Positions 37,405 through 47,498 of a stretch of DNA of 64,000 nucleotides are shown piece after piece. Source of the DNA: an uncultured Gammaproteobacteria bacterium (lineage in GTDB: Bacteria > Pseudomonadota > Gammaproteobacteria > Steroidobacterales > Steroidobacteraceae); the NCBI GenBank assembly GCA_963836805.1, contig CAWIKK010000001.1, positions 702,758 through 766,757 on the forward strand. The letters are read 5' to 3'. The notes under the pieces are model-generated. The model had not been told where the DNA came from. It saw only the letters and a list, made by a program, of their open reading frames with translations, and did no database searches. A program made the position numbers and the translations under genes. How positions within the stretch are numbered: position 1 is the first letter of the stretch; each line of letters begins with the position of its first letter.

Positions 37405-38040
37405 ATGGCTTCGGCCCGTAGACTGCAGCTTGCTGCCGTCCTCTTGTTGCTCATAGTTTTCTCGGTACTGTCGCACTACAGCAATCTAGATCCGCAGGCT
37501 CACGATTTGCGCACCGCTCTCGCGCTTGCGCCTATGCTGAGCCTTGGATTGGTTCTGCTGTGGCGTTGGAGCGGCGCGCCGGCAGCGTTCTTGGCTGCAA
37601 CGGGCACCATTTTTCTGCTGCACGCGCTGTGGCCGCTGTTCACCCAGAAATTCTCGATCGTGTACCTGATTCAACAGTGCGGCTTTTATTCCATCATGGC
37701 ATTCACCTTCGCAACATCGCTGCGCCAAGGACGCGTGCCTCTGTGTACGACACTCGCGGACCGGGTACACGGCCCCTTGACCGAACCCGAGCTGCGCTAT
37801 ACGCGCGGCGTCACCGTGGCGTGGGTCGTCTTCTTTCTGCTGAATTTGGCCGCGACGGTGTTGTTGTTTGAATTCGCGCCGCTGCCCATCTGGTCTTTGT
37901 TCGTCAATTTCTGTTCTCTGCCGCTGATATTTCTCATGTTCGCGGCGGAATATGCGGTCCGCCGCCACGTGTTGCCTCGAACCCCGGGCAGCAGCGGATT
38001 GCTGGCGACGTTGCGCGTGTACTTCGCGGACTCACCTTAG
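37405..38040 (+). CDS. Integral membrane protein (about 6 TM), ApeG-like position
   Basis: Hydrophobic 211-aa ORF between the ACP and the adenylating enzyme, as in aryl-polyene clusters. No catalytic motif recognised. Confidence 0.6.
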   Translation: MASARRLQLAAVLLLLIVFSVLSHYSNLDPQAHDLRTALALAPMLSLGLVLLWRWSGAPAAFLAATGTIFLLHALWPLFTQKFSIVYLIQQCGFYSIMAFTFATSLRQGRVPLCTTLADRVHGPLTEPELRYTRGVTVAWVVFFLLNLAATVLLFEFAPLPIWSLFVNFCSLPLIFLMFAAEYAVRRHVLPRTPGSSGLLATLRVYFADSP

Positions 38041-38045
38041 AAGCA

Positions 38046-39413
38046 ATGGACACGATCGCACTCCTGTCGCATGCCTCGCCGGCCGGGATTGTCGCCTACC
38101 GTTCGGGGCTCGCCATTACCGCGCAGCAATTCCTCGATGACGCGGAACGGCTGAGGCGATCTTTGCCGCCCGGCAAGCATGTGTTGAATGTCTGCACGGA
38201 TCGATATCATTTCACGCTCGGACTTGCAGCCTGCCTGATATCGGAGCGCGTCAGCCTGTTGCCGTCGACGCATACTCCTCAGGTCATCGCGCAGCTTGCC
38301 GTGTTTGCCCCGGATGCAATCTGCCTGACCGACGATCCGCGTTGCGACATCGACTTGCCGCAGGTTCACGTTCAGGCGCTGCTGCCTCAACCCGTCCTGC
38401 CGCGAAGCCCGGCAGCGCGCTTCGATGTGCCGCAGATTCCGGCGGCCCAGCTGGCCGCCATCGTATTTACATCAGGTTCGACGGGCAAGCCTGTGCCCTA
38501 CCAGAAAACCTGGGGGCGGCTGGCGCGTTGCGTGCAAAGCGGTGCGCTGCGCTTGGGGTTGGCGGACGGCAAAAGCCACGCCTTGGTGGGCACCGTTCCC
38601 GGCCAGCATATGTATGGATTTGAATCGACGGTGCTGCTCGCGCTCTTGAGCGGCAACGCCCTGAGCGATGAACGGCCGTTTTATCCCGCCGACATCGCCG
38701 CGTCCCTGGCCAAGGTCCCGCGGCCGCGGGTGTTGGTGACCACACCGATCCACTTGCGCACTTTGCTCACCTCCGAAATCGAATTACCGCCGCTGGACCT
38801 GGTGATGTCGGCGACCGCTCCGTTAACCCGGGATTTGGCGTGCGCAGTCGAGGAAAGATACCGTGCTCCGTTGCTGGAAATTTACGGCTCGACCGAGACC
38901 GGCCAGATTGCCATGCGGCGCGCCGCGGAAACGGCGGTGTGGCATCTGTGGCCCGGCGTGCGCCTGAGCGTTGCGAACGATCGAGTATTTGCGCAAGGCG
39001 GCCACATCGAGCAATTGACGCCCCTGTGCGATGTCATCGAGATCACCGGCGCGGAGGAATTTTTGCTGCACGGCCGAACTGCGGATTTGGTCAATGTCGC
39101 CGGCAAGCGCAGCTCGTTGGGCTACCTGAATGCGCAGCTCAACGCCATTCCTGGGGTGATCGATGGGGCGTTCTTTCTGCGCGAGGATGAAACGGGGTCC
39201 ACGGGCGTAACGCGGCTGGCGGCCGCGGTCGTCGCGCCGGGAATGAGCGCCGCCGGCCTGACCGAGCAGTTGCGGCAATTGATCGATCCGGTGTTCCTGC
39301 CGCGGCCCCTGTTGATGGTCGAACAGCTGCCGCGCAATGCAACCGGCAAACTCCCGCAGCAGGCGTTGCAGGGATTCACCGACGAACGCTTGCGAATCGA
39401 CGAATCGCAATGA
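38046..39413 (+). CDS. AMP-dependent synthetase/ligase (acyl/aryl-ACP or -CoA ligase), 455 aa
   Basis: Core motifs FTSGSTGKPV, YGSTETG and GKLPQQAL (A10 Lys). Confidence 0.85.
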   Translation: MDTIALLSHASPAGIVAYRSGLAITAQQFLDDAERLRRSLPPGKHVLNVCTDRYHFTLGLAACLISERVSLLPSTHTPQVIAQLAVFAPDAICLTDDPRCDIDLPQVHVQALLPQPVLPRSPAARFDVPQIPAAQLAAIVFTSGSTGKPVPYQKTWGRLARCVQSGALRLGLADGKSHALVGTVPGQHMYGFESTVLLALLSGNALSDERPFYPADIAASLAKVPRPRVLVTTPIHLRTLLTSEIELPPLDLVMSATAPLTRDLACAVEERYRAPLLEIYGSTETGQIAMRRAAETAVWHLWPGVRLSVANDRVFAQGGHIEQLTPLCDVIEITGAEEFLLHGRTADLVNVAGKRSSLGYLNAQLNAIPGVIDGAFFLREDETGSTGVTRLAAAVVAPGMSAAGLTEQLRQLIDPVFLPRPLLMVEQLPRNATGKLPQQALQGFTDERLRIDESQ

Positions 39414-39706
39414 AAATGCACAGCACGCTGGATATCGCCGCCGACCACCCGTCGTTTTCCGGTCATTTTCCCGCCTTTGCCGTGCTGCCCGGTGCCGTGC
39501 TGCTGGATGAGATGCTCGCGGCAATCGAGCAGGCGCGCGGAATCGACCTTAAATCCTGGCATCTCTCGTCTGCGAAATTTCTCGATGCAGTGCGCCCGCT
39601 GGACCGTCTGCTCTTGGAACACGACGACCCGGCACCGGGTTTGATTCGCTTCACAATTCACGTCGGCGACCGCAAAGTCGCGGCCGGTACCCTGCATGAA
39701 TCCTAG
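39410..39706 (+). CDS. Hot-dog fold dehydratase (FabA/FabZ-like, short, 98 aa)
   Basis: HPSFSGHFPAFAVLPGAVLLDEML matches the FabZ/ApeI-type active-site region. ATGA overlap with the ligase stop. Confidence 0.7.
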   Translation: MKMHSTLDIAADHPSFSGHFPAFAVLPGAVLLDEMLAAIEQARGIDLKSWHLSSAKFLDAVRPLDRLLLEHDDPAPGLIRFTIHVGDRKVAAGTLHES

Positions 39707-40643
39707 AGCCGCGGATCTCGGCGACGGCAGGCCCAAGGCCGCCGAGTGGATCAAGCATCGCGAGCGCGGCAGCCTCTGGATGCTCCGGGTCATGGCATTT
39801 CTTTCCTTGCACTGCGGCCGCAAGGCGAGCCGCATCATCCTATACGGCATCGCCGGGTACTTTTTCTTGTTCGGCCCGAGTGCGCGGCGCCACTCGCTGC
39901 GCTACCTGCGCCTGGCGCTTGGCCGAGCCCCCACCGCCCGCGACCGCTTCCGCCAGATCCTGAGTTTTGCCACCACCATCCATGATCGCGTCTACCTCAT
40001 CAACGAGCAGTTCGAGAAATTCAACATCTCCATCGAAGGTGAGGACAGGGTGCTGAGTCGCGAACGGCAAGGCCGCGGCGCCCTGTTGCTCGGCGCGCAC
40101 ATGGGCAGTTTCGAGGTCATGCATTCTTTGAGCCGCCGGCAGCGGGGGCTGCGCGTGGCCATGGCCATGTACGAAGAGAATGCGCGCAAGATCGGCGCCA
40201 TCCTCGCCGCCATCAATCCGAAATGGATTCCGGACATCATTTCCCTCGGACATATCGATGCCATGCTCAACATCGCCGAGCGCCTCGATCAGGGCGCGTA
40301 CGTCGGCGTGCTTGCCGACCGTACTCTCGGCGATGAGCCCGCGCAGGCTGTCAGCTTTCTTGGGCAACAGGCATATGTGCCGACCGGGCCGATGCGTGCG
40401 GCGGCCATCTTGCGCTGCCCGGTGTTCTTCATGGTCGGCCTGTACCGCGGCAAGAACAACTATCATGTGGTTTTCGAGCGGGTGGCCGATTTTTCGGCAA
40501 CAATCGGCAGCCGCGAACTCGCGGTGCACGCGGCGATTGAACGCTATGTCGCGGTGCTCGAGCATCACTGCCGCAGCGATCCTTACAACTGGTTTAACTT
40601 CTTCGATTTCTGGCGCCGGCCGGCGCCGGTCGGCGGTACCTGA
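39696..40643 (+). CDS. LpxL/HtrB-family lipid acyltransferase (315 aa)
   Basis: LLLGAHMGSFEV resembles the HxxxxE/D acyltransferase motif of lauroyl/myristoyl acyltransferases. Family assignment is from memory of this architecture. Confidence 0.7.
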   Translation: MNPRAADLGDGRPKAAEWIKHRERGSLWMLRVMAFLSLHCGRKASRIILYGIAGYFFLFGPSARRHSLRYLRLALGRAPTARDRFRQILSFATTIHDRVYLINEQFEKFNISIEGEDRVLSRERQGRGALLLGAHMGSFEVMHSLSRRQRGLRVAMAMYEENARKIGAILAAINPKWIPDIISLGHIDAMLNIAERLDQGAYVGVLADRTLGDEPAQAVSFLGQQAYVPTGPMRAAAILRCPVFFMVGLYRGKNNYHVVFERVADFSATIGSRELAVHAAIERYVAVLEHHCRSDPYNWFNFFDFWRRPAPVGGT

Positions 40644-41233
40644 TGCTGCGTTACCTGACACTGATTCTGTTCGGCATTTGCTTCAGCTGCGGCGCAGCCC
40701 CGCTGCCTGCGGCGCCCGCGGCCTTCAGCGACCTGGACCAGGTCATGGGTTTGCTGGCGATGCGTCAGCACGGCCGGGTCGAATTCATCGAGCAGCATTT
40801 TCTCGCCGTCCTGAATCACCCGATCGAATCTTCGGGTGAGTTGCGCTACGACGCGCCGGACCGGCTTGAAAAGCGCACGCTCAAGCCCCGTGCCGAGACG
40901 CTGGTGCTGACAGGTGGGATATTGACGGTGGAACGTACGCACAGCAGGCATACCATGGATTTGCACGCCTATCCTCAGGTACTGCCCTTCGTCGAGAGCA
41001 TCCGCGCGACCCTGGCGGGCGATCGCAGCGCGCTCGAGCGCGTGTTTCACGTCGAATTTGCCGGCAGCGTGCAGCGTTGGAGCCTGACCTTGGTGCCCCT
41101 CGAATCGCAGGTCAAGCAATCCGTCGCGCAAGTGCGCATAGAAGGCATTCGCGACCAACTATTAAAGGTTGAGATTCGCCAGCCCGATGGCGACCGTTCG
41201 TTGATGACCTTGCGGCCGTCCACCTTGCCATGA
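40643..41233 (+). CDS. LolA-like outer-membrane lipoprotein carrier protein (196 aa)
   Basis: Signal peptide, size and position immediately upstream of the MMPL exporter, as in APE and xanthomonadin clusters. Confidence 0.6.
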   Translation: MLRYLTLILFGICFSCGAAPLPAAPAAFSDLDQVMGLLAMRQHGRVEFIEQHFLAVLNHPIESSGELRYDAPDRLEKRTLKPRAETLVLTGGILTVERTHSRHTMDLHAYPQVLPFVESIRATLAGDRSALERVFHVEFAGSVQRWSLTLVPLESQVKQSVAQVRIEGIRDQLLKVEIRQPDGDRSLMTLRPSTLP

Positions 41234-43617
41234 GCAGATCTCGCGTGCGCGTATGCATCGTCTGGCTGGGATGCATCGTGTTCGCAGCCATCATCGTGGC
41301 GCGTGCCCGTTACGTCGCCGACCTTTCAGCCTTCCTGCCCGCCAATCCCACACCTGCGCAGCAATTGCTGGTCGATCAATTGCGCGATGGCCCGGCCTCG
41401 CGCCTGATTCTCATTGCGATCGAACAAGGAGACGCCCCCGCTCGCGCGCGCGCATCGCTGGGTCTGGTGGAGCGCTTGCGCAAGGATCCGCAGTTCAGCA
41501 GCGTCAACAACGGCGAGGCGGCCGCCGGGCAGAGAGACCGTGAGTTTCTGTTTCAGCACCGCTACTTGCTCAGCGAGTCGGTCAACGCACAGCGCTTCAC
41601 CGCGGCCGGCCTCAACGCCGCAATTAGGGAAACCATCGAAAACCTTGCCTCTCCGGGCGGCCTGTTGTTCAAGTCTCTTCTGCCGCGCGATCCGACCGGC
41701 GAGTTGTTCAACATCATCGATCAATTGGCGCGCTCGCCGGCGCCGGAAAGCCGCGAGGGGGTTTGGGTTTCCTCGGACGGAATGCGCGCCCTGGCGGTCG
41801 CGCAAACCGCCGCGAGCGGATCCGACAGCGATGCCCAGAGCAAGGCGATCGAGGCAGTCAGGGCGGCGTTTGCCGGCGTTGCCGGCGAAGCTCCTTCCGC
41901 CTCGGGCGGCAGCATGCAATTGCGCTTGAGCGGGCCCGGAGTCTTCGCGGTTGCTGCACGCGCAAAAATCGAGCGGGCCGCAGTACGGCTGTCGATTATC
42001 AGCAGTCTGTTGGTGGTAACGTTGCTGCTCGCCGTCTATCGATCGTTGCCGGCGCTCGGCCTGGGATTGTTGCCGGTCGCCAGCGGCGCCCTGGTAGGCG
42101 TGGCTGCCGTTGCGCTCGGTTTCGGCGTCGTGCACGGCATTACCCTGGGCTTTGGCATCACTTTGATCGGTGAATCGGTCGACTACTCGATCTATTTTTT
42201 CATTCAATCGCGCTCTGGGCCGGCCGACGGCGGCCGCGCCTGGCAACAGCTGTGGTGGCCGACGATACGCCTCGGCATGCTGACATCGGTGTGCGGCTTC
42301 GCGTCGCTGCTGCCTTCCGGCTTCCCCGGCCTCAAGCAGCTGGGTCTGTATTCCATCAGCGGTTTGATCGCCGCGGCGCTGGTGACGCGCTTCGTTCTGC
42401 CGGCGCTGTTGCCGGCCGGCTTTGCGATACGCAACGTCGCGCCGCTCGGCACACGCGCCGCCGCACTGCTGCAGTACGCCCGGGGCCGCCATCATCGCAG
42501 CATTTTGCTGTGCGGCGCCGCGCTGGCGCTCCTGGCTGTCGCGCTGCTGTTCTGTGATCGCGCAACGCTGTGGAACCGCGAATTGTCTGCGTTGAGTCCG
42601 GTGTCGCTCGAGGAGCAGAACTACGATGCAAAATTGCGCGCTGATTTGGGCGCCGCCGATGTCCGCGACCTGGTGATAGTTTCCGGACCGGACGTGGAAT
42701 CGGTTTTGCGCGCCGCCGAGCAAGCGGCTCGCGCGCTTCAGGGATTGGTGAATGAACAGGTAATCGGCGGTTTCGAGAGTCCTGCGAATTATCTGCCGAG
42801 CATGGCCGCTCAGGAAAGCCGCCGCAGCAGCCTGCCGAGCGCTGCGGTTCTGCGCGCCAATCTGAAACAGGCGATGGACGATCTGCCGCTGCGCGCCGAT
42901 CGCCTGCAACCCTTCCTCGAGGATGCCGAGGCGGCGCGTCATGCCGCCTTGGTGATGCCGCGCGACCTGGCGGGCAGCTCTTTGAGCGCCGGTTTCGACT
43001 CTCTGATTCTTCATCAAAGGGATCAGTGGCATGGGCTGTTGCCGTTGCGCAGTGCCACGACCGGCGCGACGATCGACCTGGCGCGCGTTTTTGCCGCCCT
43101 GCAAGCAGGACACGTGGACGGCGCGCGCGTGCTCGACCTCAAGCAGGAGTCGGATGCGCTCTATGACACATATCTGGCGGAGGCAATCCACTACTCTTTG
43201 GGCGGATTTCTGGCATTGACGCTGATGTTGCTCATTGCACTGCGTTCGCCGCTGCGCGTCGCGCGCGTGCTGGCGCCGCTGGTTCTGGCCGTGCTCGCCG
43301 TGGCCGCGGGACTCGCCGTCGCGGGCGTGCACTTGAGCATCCTGCACTTGGTGGGCATGCTGCTGATTGTCGCCGTGGGTTCGAACTATGCACTGTTCTT
43401 CGACCGGCAAGCGCACGCACAAGAGGCGGGAGACGAATCGCTGACCCTCGCGTCGCTGATCATCGCCAACACCAGCACGGTCATCGGTTTTGGCCTTCTC
43501 TCTTTTTCGCAGGTACCGGTGCTCGTTGCCCTGGGCACCACAGTGGCGCCGGGTACATTTCTCGCGCTGCTGTTCGCGGCCTTAGGATTCCGCACGGCCG
43601 TCAGCGCGCATGCGTAG
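41230..43617 (+). CDS. MMPL/RND-superfamily exporter (795 aa, 12 TM in two bundles)
   Basis: Two hydrophobic 6-TM bundles separated by large periplasmic domains. ATGA overlap with the lolA-like gene. Confidence 0.85.
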   Translation: MSRSRVRVCIVWLGCIVFAAIIVARARYVADLSAFLPANPTPAQQLLVDQLRDGPASRLILIAIEQGDAPARARASLGLVERLRKDPQFSSVNNGEAAAGQRDREFLFQHRYLLSESVNAQRFTAAGLNAAIRETIENLASPGGLLFKSLLPRDPTGELFNIIDQLARSPAPESREGVWVSSDGMRALAVAQTAASGSDSDAQSKAIEAVRAAFAGVAGEAPSASGGSMQLRLSGPGVFAVAARAKIERAAVRLSIISSLLVVTLLLAVYRSLPALGLGLLPVASGALVGVAAVALGFGVVHGITLGFGITLIGESVDYSIYFFIQSRSGPADGGRAWQQLWWPTIRLGMLTSVCGFASLLPSGFPGLKQLGLYSISGLIAAALVTRFVLPALLPAGFAIRNVAPLGTRAAALLQYARGRHHRSILLCGAALALLAVALLFCDRATLWNRELSALSPVSLEEQNYDAKLRADLGAADVRDLVIVSGPDVESVLRAAEQAARALQGLVNEQVIGGFESPANYLPSMAAQESRRSSLPSAAVLRANLKQAMDDLPLRADRLQPFLEDAEAARHAALVMPRDLAGSSLSAGFDSLILHQRDQWHGLLPLRSATTGATIDLARVFAALQAGHVDGARVLDLKQESDALYDTYLAEAIHYSLGGFLALTLMLLIALRSPLRVARVLAPLVLAVLAVAAGLAVAGVHLSILHLVGMLLIVAVGSNYALFFDRQAHAQEAGDESLTLASLIIANTSTVIGFGLLSFSQVPVLVALGTTVAPGTFLALLFAALGFRTAVSAHA

Positions 43618-44245
43618 CATCTTCAGTCCGGCCGCGGGCGGCAAAGCCCCGGCTCAGATGATTTGGCTGCCTGGCGCTTATCATTCTGCACAGGACTTCC
43701 TTGACCAAGGCTTTGCACAGGCTGTCGCCCGGCGCCGCATTCCGTTGGATCTGTTGTTCGTCGATTTGGAAATGCAGCATTTGGAGGATCGCGACGTGCT
43801 CGAACGGCTGCGATCTGAAATAGTATTGCCGGCACGCACGGCAGGGGCGACGGTTTGGCTGGCGGGAATCTCGCTGGGCGGAATGGCGGCGCTGGACTAT
43901 GTCAGCATGCATGCCGGCGATATCGACGGACTATGCTTGCTGGCGCCGTATCTTGGAAATCGCATGCTGATCAAGGAGATCGCCGCCGGCACGGGGCTCG
44001 CTGCTTGGGAGTCCGGCGAACTTGCGCAACCCGGTGCGGAGCGCCGAATATGGCGCTATATCAAGACTCGGTGCGGTTCACCCCCGCTGTTCCTGGGTTA
44101 CGGGAGGAGCGACCGGTTTGCGGCGGCCCACGAATTGCTGGCAGCGGCGCTGCCGCCAAGCTGGGTGGAGGTTGTCGCCGGAGGCCATGATTGGCACGCA
44201 TGGATCACGCTGTGGGAGGGTTTTTTGGACTCGCATTTCAAATGA
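43610..44245 (+). CDS. Alpha/beta hydrolase (possible thioesterase/esterase), 211 aa
   Basis: Nucleophile elbow GISLGG and C-terminal GGHDW (candidate catalytic His). Confidence 0.55.
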   Translation: MRSIFSPAAGGKAPAQMIWLPGAYHSAQDFLDQGFAQAVARRRIPLDLLFVDLEMQHLEDRDVLERLRSEIVLPARTAGATVWLAGISLGGMAALDYVSMHAGDIDGLCLLAPYLGNRMLIKEIAAGTGLAAWESGELAQPGAERRIWRYIKTRCGSPPLFLGYGRSDRFAAAHELLAAALPPSWVEVVAGGHDWHAWITLWEGFLDSHFK

Positions 44246-45054
44246 GCCAGGCAGGGAACTCGCCGCGCTGGACACCTTCGCCTTTGCTGGTGGCATCAGG
44301 CGCCATTCACTTGGGTGCGGCAGCGGCGCTCATCGCGCGGCCGCGCACCTGGCCCTGGGCATTGGGGGCACTGGCCGTCAATCATCTTGCCCTGGCCGGT
44401 GCGGGACTTTGGCCGCGCAGTCAGCTTCTGGGCTCGAATTGGACGCGCCTACCGGGCCGCGGAGGGACCAGCGGCGTGGCCATCACCATTGACGATGGGC
44501 CCGATCCCGATGTCACGCCGCAAGTCTTGGCGCAGCTCGACGCGGAGCGGGCCAGCGCAACTTTTTTTTGCATCGGCGAGCGCGTGCTGCGCCACCCCGA
44601 TCTTGCACAGGAGATCGTGCGCCGTGGACATGCCATCGAGAATCACAGCCAGCGCCATCGCCACAATTTCTCGTTGCTCGGCCCCGCTTCGATGTATGCG
44701 GAGGTCGCGCGGGCGCAAGAGTGCATTGTGCGCGTGACTGGAAGCAGCCCGCTTTTTTTTCGCGCGCCGGCAGGTCTGCGCAATCCCTTTCTTGATCCGG
44801 TGCTCCTGCGCCTCAAGCTGCAGCTGGCCAGCTGGACGCGGCGCGGCTTCGACACCGTGAGCACCGACGCGGCGGCGGTTTTGCGCCGCTTGGCGGGACC
44901 GCTGCAGGGGGGCGATATTCTGTTGCTGCACGACGGGCATGCAGCGCGCGGCCGCGACGGCCGGGCGGTGATCCTGGATGTTTTGCCGCGGCTATTCGCG
45001 GCACTGAAGAGCCGCGGACTCAAGAGCGTCACATTGCGCTCGGCGCTGTCGTGA
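44242..45054 (+). CDS. Polysaccharide deacetylase (NodB homology domain)
   Basis: ITIDDGPDPDVTPQVL (TFDDG-type motif 1), ENHSQRH (motif 2, metal His) and FFRAPAG (motif 3). ATG 44242 forms an ATGA overlap with the upstream stop. Confidence 0.85.
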   Translation: MSQAGNSPRWTPSPLLVASGAIHLGAAAALIARPRTWPWALGALAVNHLALAGAGLWPRSQLLGSNWTRLPGRGGTSGVAITIDDGPDPDVTPQVLAQLDAERASATFFCIGERVLRHPDLAQEIVRRGHAIENHSQRHRHNFSLLGPASMYAEVARAQECIVRVTGSSPLFFRAPAGLRNPFLDPVLLRLKLQLASWTRRGFDTVSTDAAAVLRRLAGPLQGGDILLLHDGHAARGRDGRAVILDVLPRLFAALKSRGLKSVTLRSALS

Positions 45055-45058
45055 AGCC

Positions 45059-46252
45059 ATGCAGCCGCTAGCGCTCGCGAAATTCACGGCGACCAGCTGC
45101 ATCGGTGCCGGCGCGGCGGCGACCTTGGACAGCTTGGTGCAGCACCGCAGCGGATTGAAATACTGCGACTTCGAAACAGTAAAGATCGACACGTACATCG
45201 GCGAGGTCGCGGGCGTCGATGCACAAACCTTGCCTGCACAACTGCAGATATTCGACTGCCGCAACAATCGCCTGGCCGAGCTGGCCCTGCGCCAGGACGG
45301 CTTTCTTGAGGAAGTGGCAGCGGCCGTTGGCCGCTGGGGCCCGCGGCGCATCGGCGTGTTCATCGGTACCAGTACGGCGGGCATCATGCACACGGAGATC
45401 GCCTACCGGACGCGCGATCCGGTCAGCGGCGCGCTGCCGCCGGGCTTTGTGTACGGCACCACCCATAATTCTTTCTCGGTCGCCGATTACGTCCGGCGAC
45501 GTTGCGGCATCGAAGGTCCGGCGATGGCGGTTTCGTCCGCTTGCGCATCGAGCGCCAAGGTCTTTGGCAGCGCGCGGCGCATGATCGAAGCCGGACTCAT
45601 CGATGCAGCCTTGGTGGGCGGCGCAGACTCGTTGTGCCTCACCACATTGTATGGATTCAAATCCCTGCAACTCTCCTCGCCGGCGCCGTGCCGGCCCTTC
45701 GATGTCGCGCGCGACGGCATATCCATCGGGGAGGCGGCCGCCTTTGCGTTGCTCGAACGCGCCCCGGACACGCTCGACAGCGATGCGATACTGCTCTACG
45801 GCGTGGGCGAGTCCAGCGACGCCTATCACATGTCGGCGCCTCACCCCGAAGGACTCGGCGCAAAACGCGCCATGCAAGCTGCACTCGCGGCCGCCTCGCT
45901 GCACCCGGGCGATGTCGATTACATCAACCTGCACGGCACCGGCACTCCCAGCAACGATCGCGCGGAGAGTCAAGCGCTCACCAGTATTTTTGGTCCTACC
46001 ACGCCTTGCAGCTCGACCAAAGGTGCGACCGGCCACACCTTGGGCGCCGCCGGCGCCCTGGAAGCCGTAATCAGCGCGCTGGCGCTGCAAAATGGCTTGA
46101 TGCCGGGGGGCGTGCAAACCGGCCACATCGACCCGACTCTCACGGCGCACTACATCAAGGAGAACCGTCGGACATCGGTACGCCGCGTGCTCAGCAATTC
46201 CTTCGGCTTCGGCGGCACGAATTGCAGTTTGATTTTTGGCCGCGCCGGATGA
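45059..46252 (+). CDS. Beta-ketoacyl-ACP synthase (KAS I/II type), 397 aa
   Basis: Active-site Cys context AVSSACASS, His-His pair (..DAYHMSAP.. and ..INLHGTGTP..) and C-terminal NSFGFGGTN. Confidence 0.92.
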   Translation: MQPLALAKFTATSCIGAGAAATLDSLVQHRSGLKYCDFETVKIDTYIGEVAGVDAQTLPAQLQIFDCRNNRLAELALRQDGFLEEVAAAVGRWGPRRIGVFIGTSTAGIMHTEIAYRTRDPVSGALPPGFVYGTTHNSFSVADYVRRRCGIEGPAMAVSSACASSAKVFGSARRMIEAGLIDAALVGGADSLCLTTLYGFKSLQLSSPAPCRPFDVARDGISIGEAAAFALLERAPDTLDSDAILLYGVGESSDAYHMSAPHPEGLGAKRAMQAALAAASLHPGDVDYINLHGTGTPSNDRAESQALTSIFGPTTPCSSTKGATGHTLGAAGALEAVISALALQNGLMPGGVQTGHIDPTLTAHYIKENRRTSVRRVLSNSFGFGGTNCSLIFGRAG

Positions 46253-47046
46253 AGTTATCCGGATATATCGGCGGTATCGGCATAGTCGGCCCCGGCCTCA
46301 ACAATTGGTCACATGCTGCCGCTGTCCTCTCGGGCAAACAGCCGTACTTGAGCGCACCCACAGAGCTGCCGGTTCCGGTGATGTTGCCGCCCACAGAGAG
46401 ACGGCGCACCGGGCGCGTGGTGAAAGTGGCGATGGCGGCGGCATTGGAAGCGACCACGAACGCCGGCGCCGATCCAAAGCAGATGCCCAGTGTATTTTCT
46501 TCGTCCGGAAGCGACGGCCATATTTGCCACGAAATCTGCCAGGCGCTGACACTGCCAGCCCGCGAGGTATCGCCAACCCGCTTTTCCAATTCCGTTCACA
46601 ACGTCGCAGCCGGCTATTGGAGCATTGCGACCGGATCCATGACCGAATCGAATGTCTTGTGCGCGTTTGACGCCAGTTTTGTTGCGGGTTTGTTGGATGC
46701 CATGACGCAGGTTGCTGTCGGCCGGCAGCCGGTTCTGTTCGTGGCCTACGACACGGAATATCCGCCGCCCCTGCATGCTAAGCGCCCCATTCCCGACGCT
46801 CTGGGCGTCGCCATGGTGCTCACGCCGCAGCGCGGCGCCGGCTCGCTCGCCCGCATCGAGGCGGCACTCACCGAACAGAGCGCCGATAAAATGCCGGACG
46901 CAGCATTGGAATCGCTGCGCACCGCGATACCGGCGGCGCGTTCCCTGACGCTGTTGCAGCTGCTCGCCCACGGCAGCGGCGGCCGGGTGATTCTCGACTA
47001 TCTCGATGTCTCGCGCGCCGCGGTGTGGGTGGAACCATGCACATGA
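46249..47046 (+). CDS. KS-like chain-length-factor-type subunit (no active-site Cys), 265 aa
   Basis: Starts MKLSGYIGGIGIVGPG.. and carries NSVHNVAAGYWSIA where a KS Cys would be expected. ATGA overlap with the KS stop. The upstream part of track ORF 45502..47046 is a different frame of the KS gene. Confidence 0.75.
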   Translation: MKLSGYIGGIGIVGPGLNNWSHAAAVLSGKQPYLSAPTELPVPVMLPPTERRRTGRVVKVAMAAALEATTNAGADPKQMPSVFSSSGSDGHICHEICQALTLPAREVSPTRFSNSVHNVAAGYWSIATGSMTESNVLCAFDASFVAGLLDAMTQVAVGRQPVLFVAYDTEYPPPLHAKRPIPDALGVAMVLTPQRGAGSLARIEAALTEQSADKMPDAALESLRTAIPAARSLTLLQLLAHGSGGRVILDYLDVSRAAVWVEPCT

Positions 47047-47498
47047 ATCGACCCTGGATCGAAGCCCGCATTCCCCATCAAGGCCGCATGTGTCTGCTGG
47101 ATGAGGTGATCGGCTGGGATGCTCACGGCATCCGCTGCCGCATCGCCACCCACCGCGCGCGCGACAACCCGCTGCGTTCGCGCGGCTGTTTGGGAGCCGC
47201 GTGCGGCATAGAATATGCGGCGCAGACCATGGCGCTGCACGGCGCACTGACAGGCGGTCCCATGCTCGCCGCCGCGGGCAGCGCGGTGCGCGTCGGGCTG
47301 CTGGCGGGCGTACGCAATGTACGGTTGCTGGTTTTGCGCCTGGACGACATCGAGCCGGATCTGATTTGCGAGGTCAGCCGCATCGCGGGAGACAACCTCA
47401 CGGCGTTGTATGAGTTCGTGTTACGGGAACCGGATAGACAGTTGCTCAGCGGCCGCGCCTCGGTGGTGCTGGATGCGGGCCGGCGCTTGAGCATATGA
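47043..47498 (+). CDS. Hot-dog fold dehydratase (ApeP-like), 151 aa
   Basis: MNRPWIEARIPHQGRMCLLDEV.. followed by GIEYAAQTMALHG. ATGA overlaps at both ends. Confidence 0.7.
   Translation: MNRPWIEARIPHQGRMCLLDEVIGWDAHGIRCRIATHRARDNPLRSRGCLGAACGIEYAAQTMALHGALTGGPMLAAAGSAVRVGLLAGVRNVRLLVLRLDDIEPDLICEVSRIAGDNLTALYEFVLREPDRQLLSGRASVVLDAGRRLSI

Noticed and set aside
41326-43422. 698-aa minus-strand ORF opposite the MMPL exporter. 45068-46150 lies opposite the KS gene in the same way.
   Set aside because: Antisense shadow ORFs with Arg/Gln/Ala-rich translation. The plus-strand genes carry clear family motifs and translational coupling.
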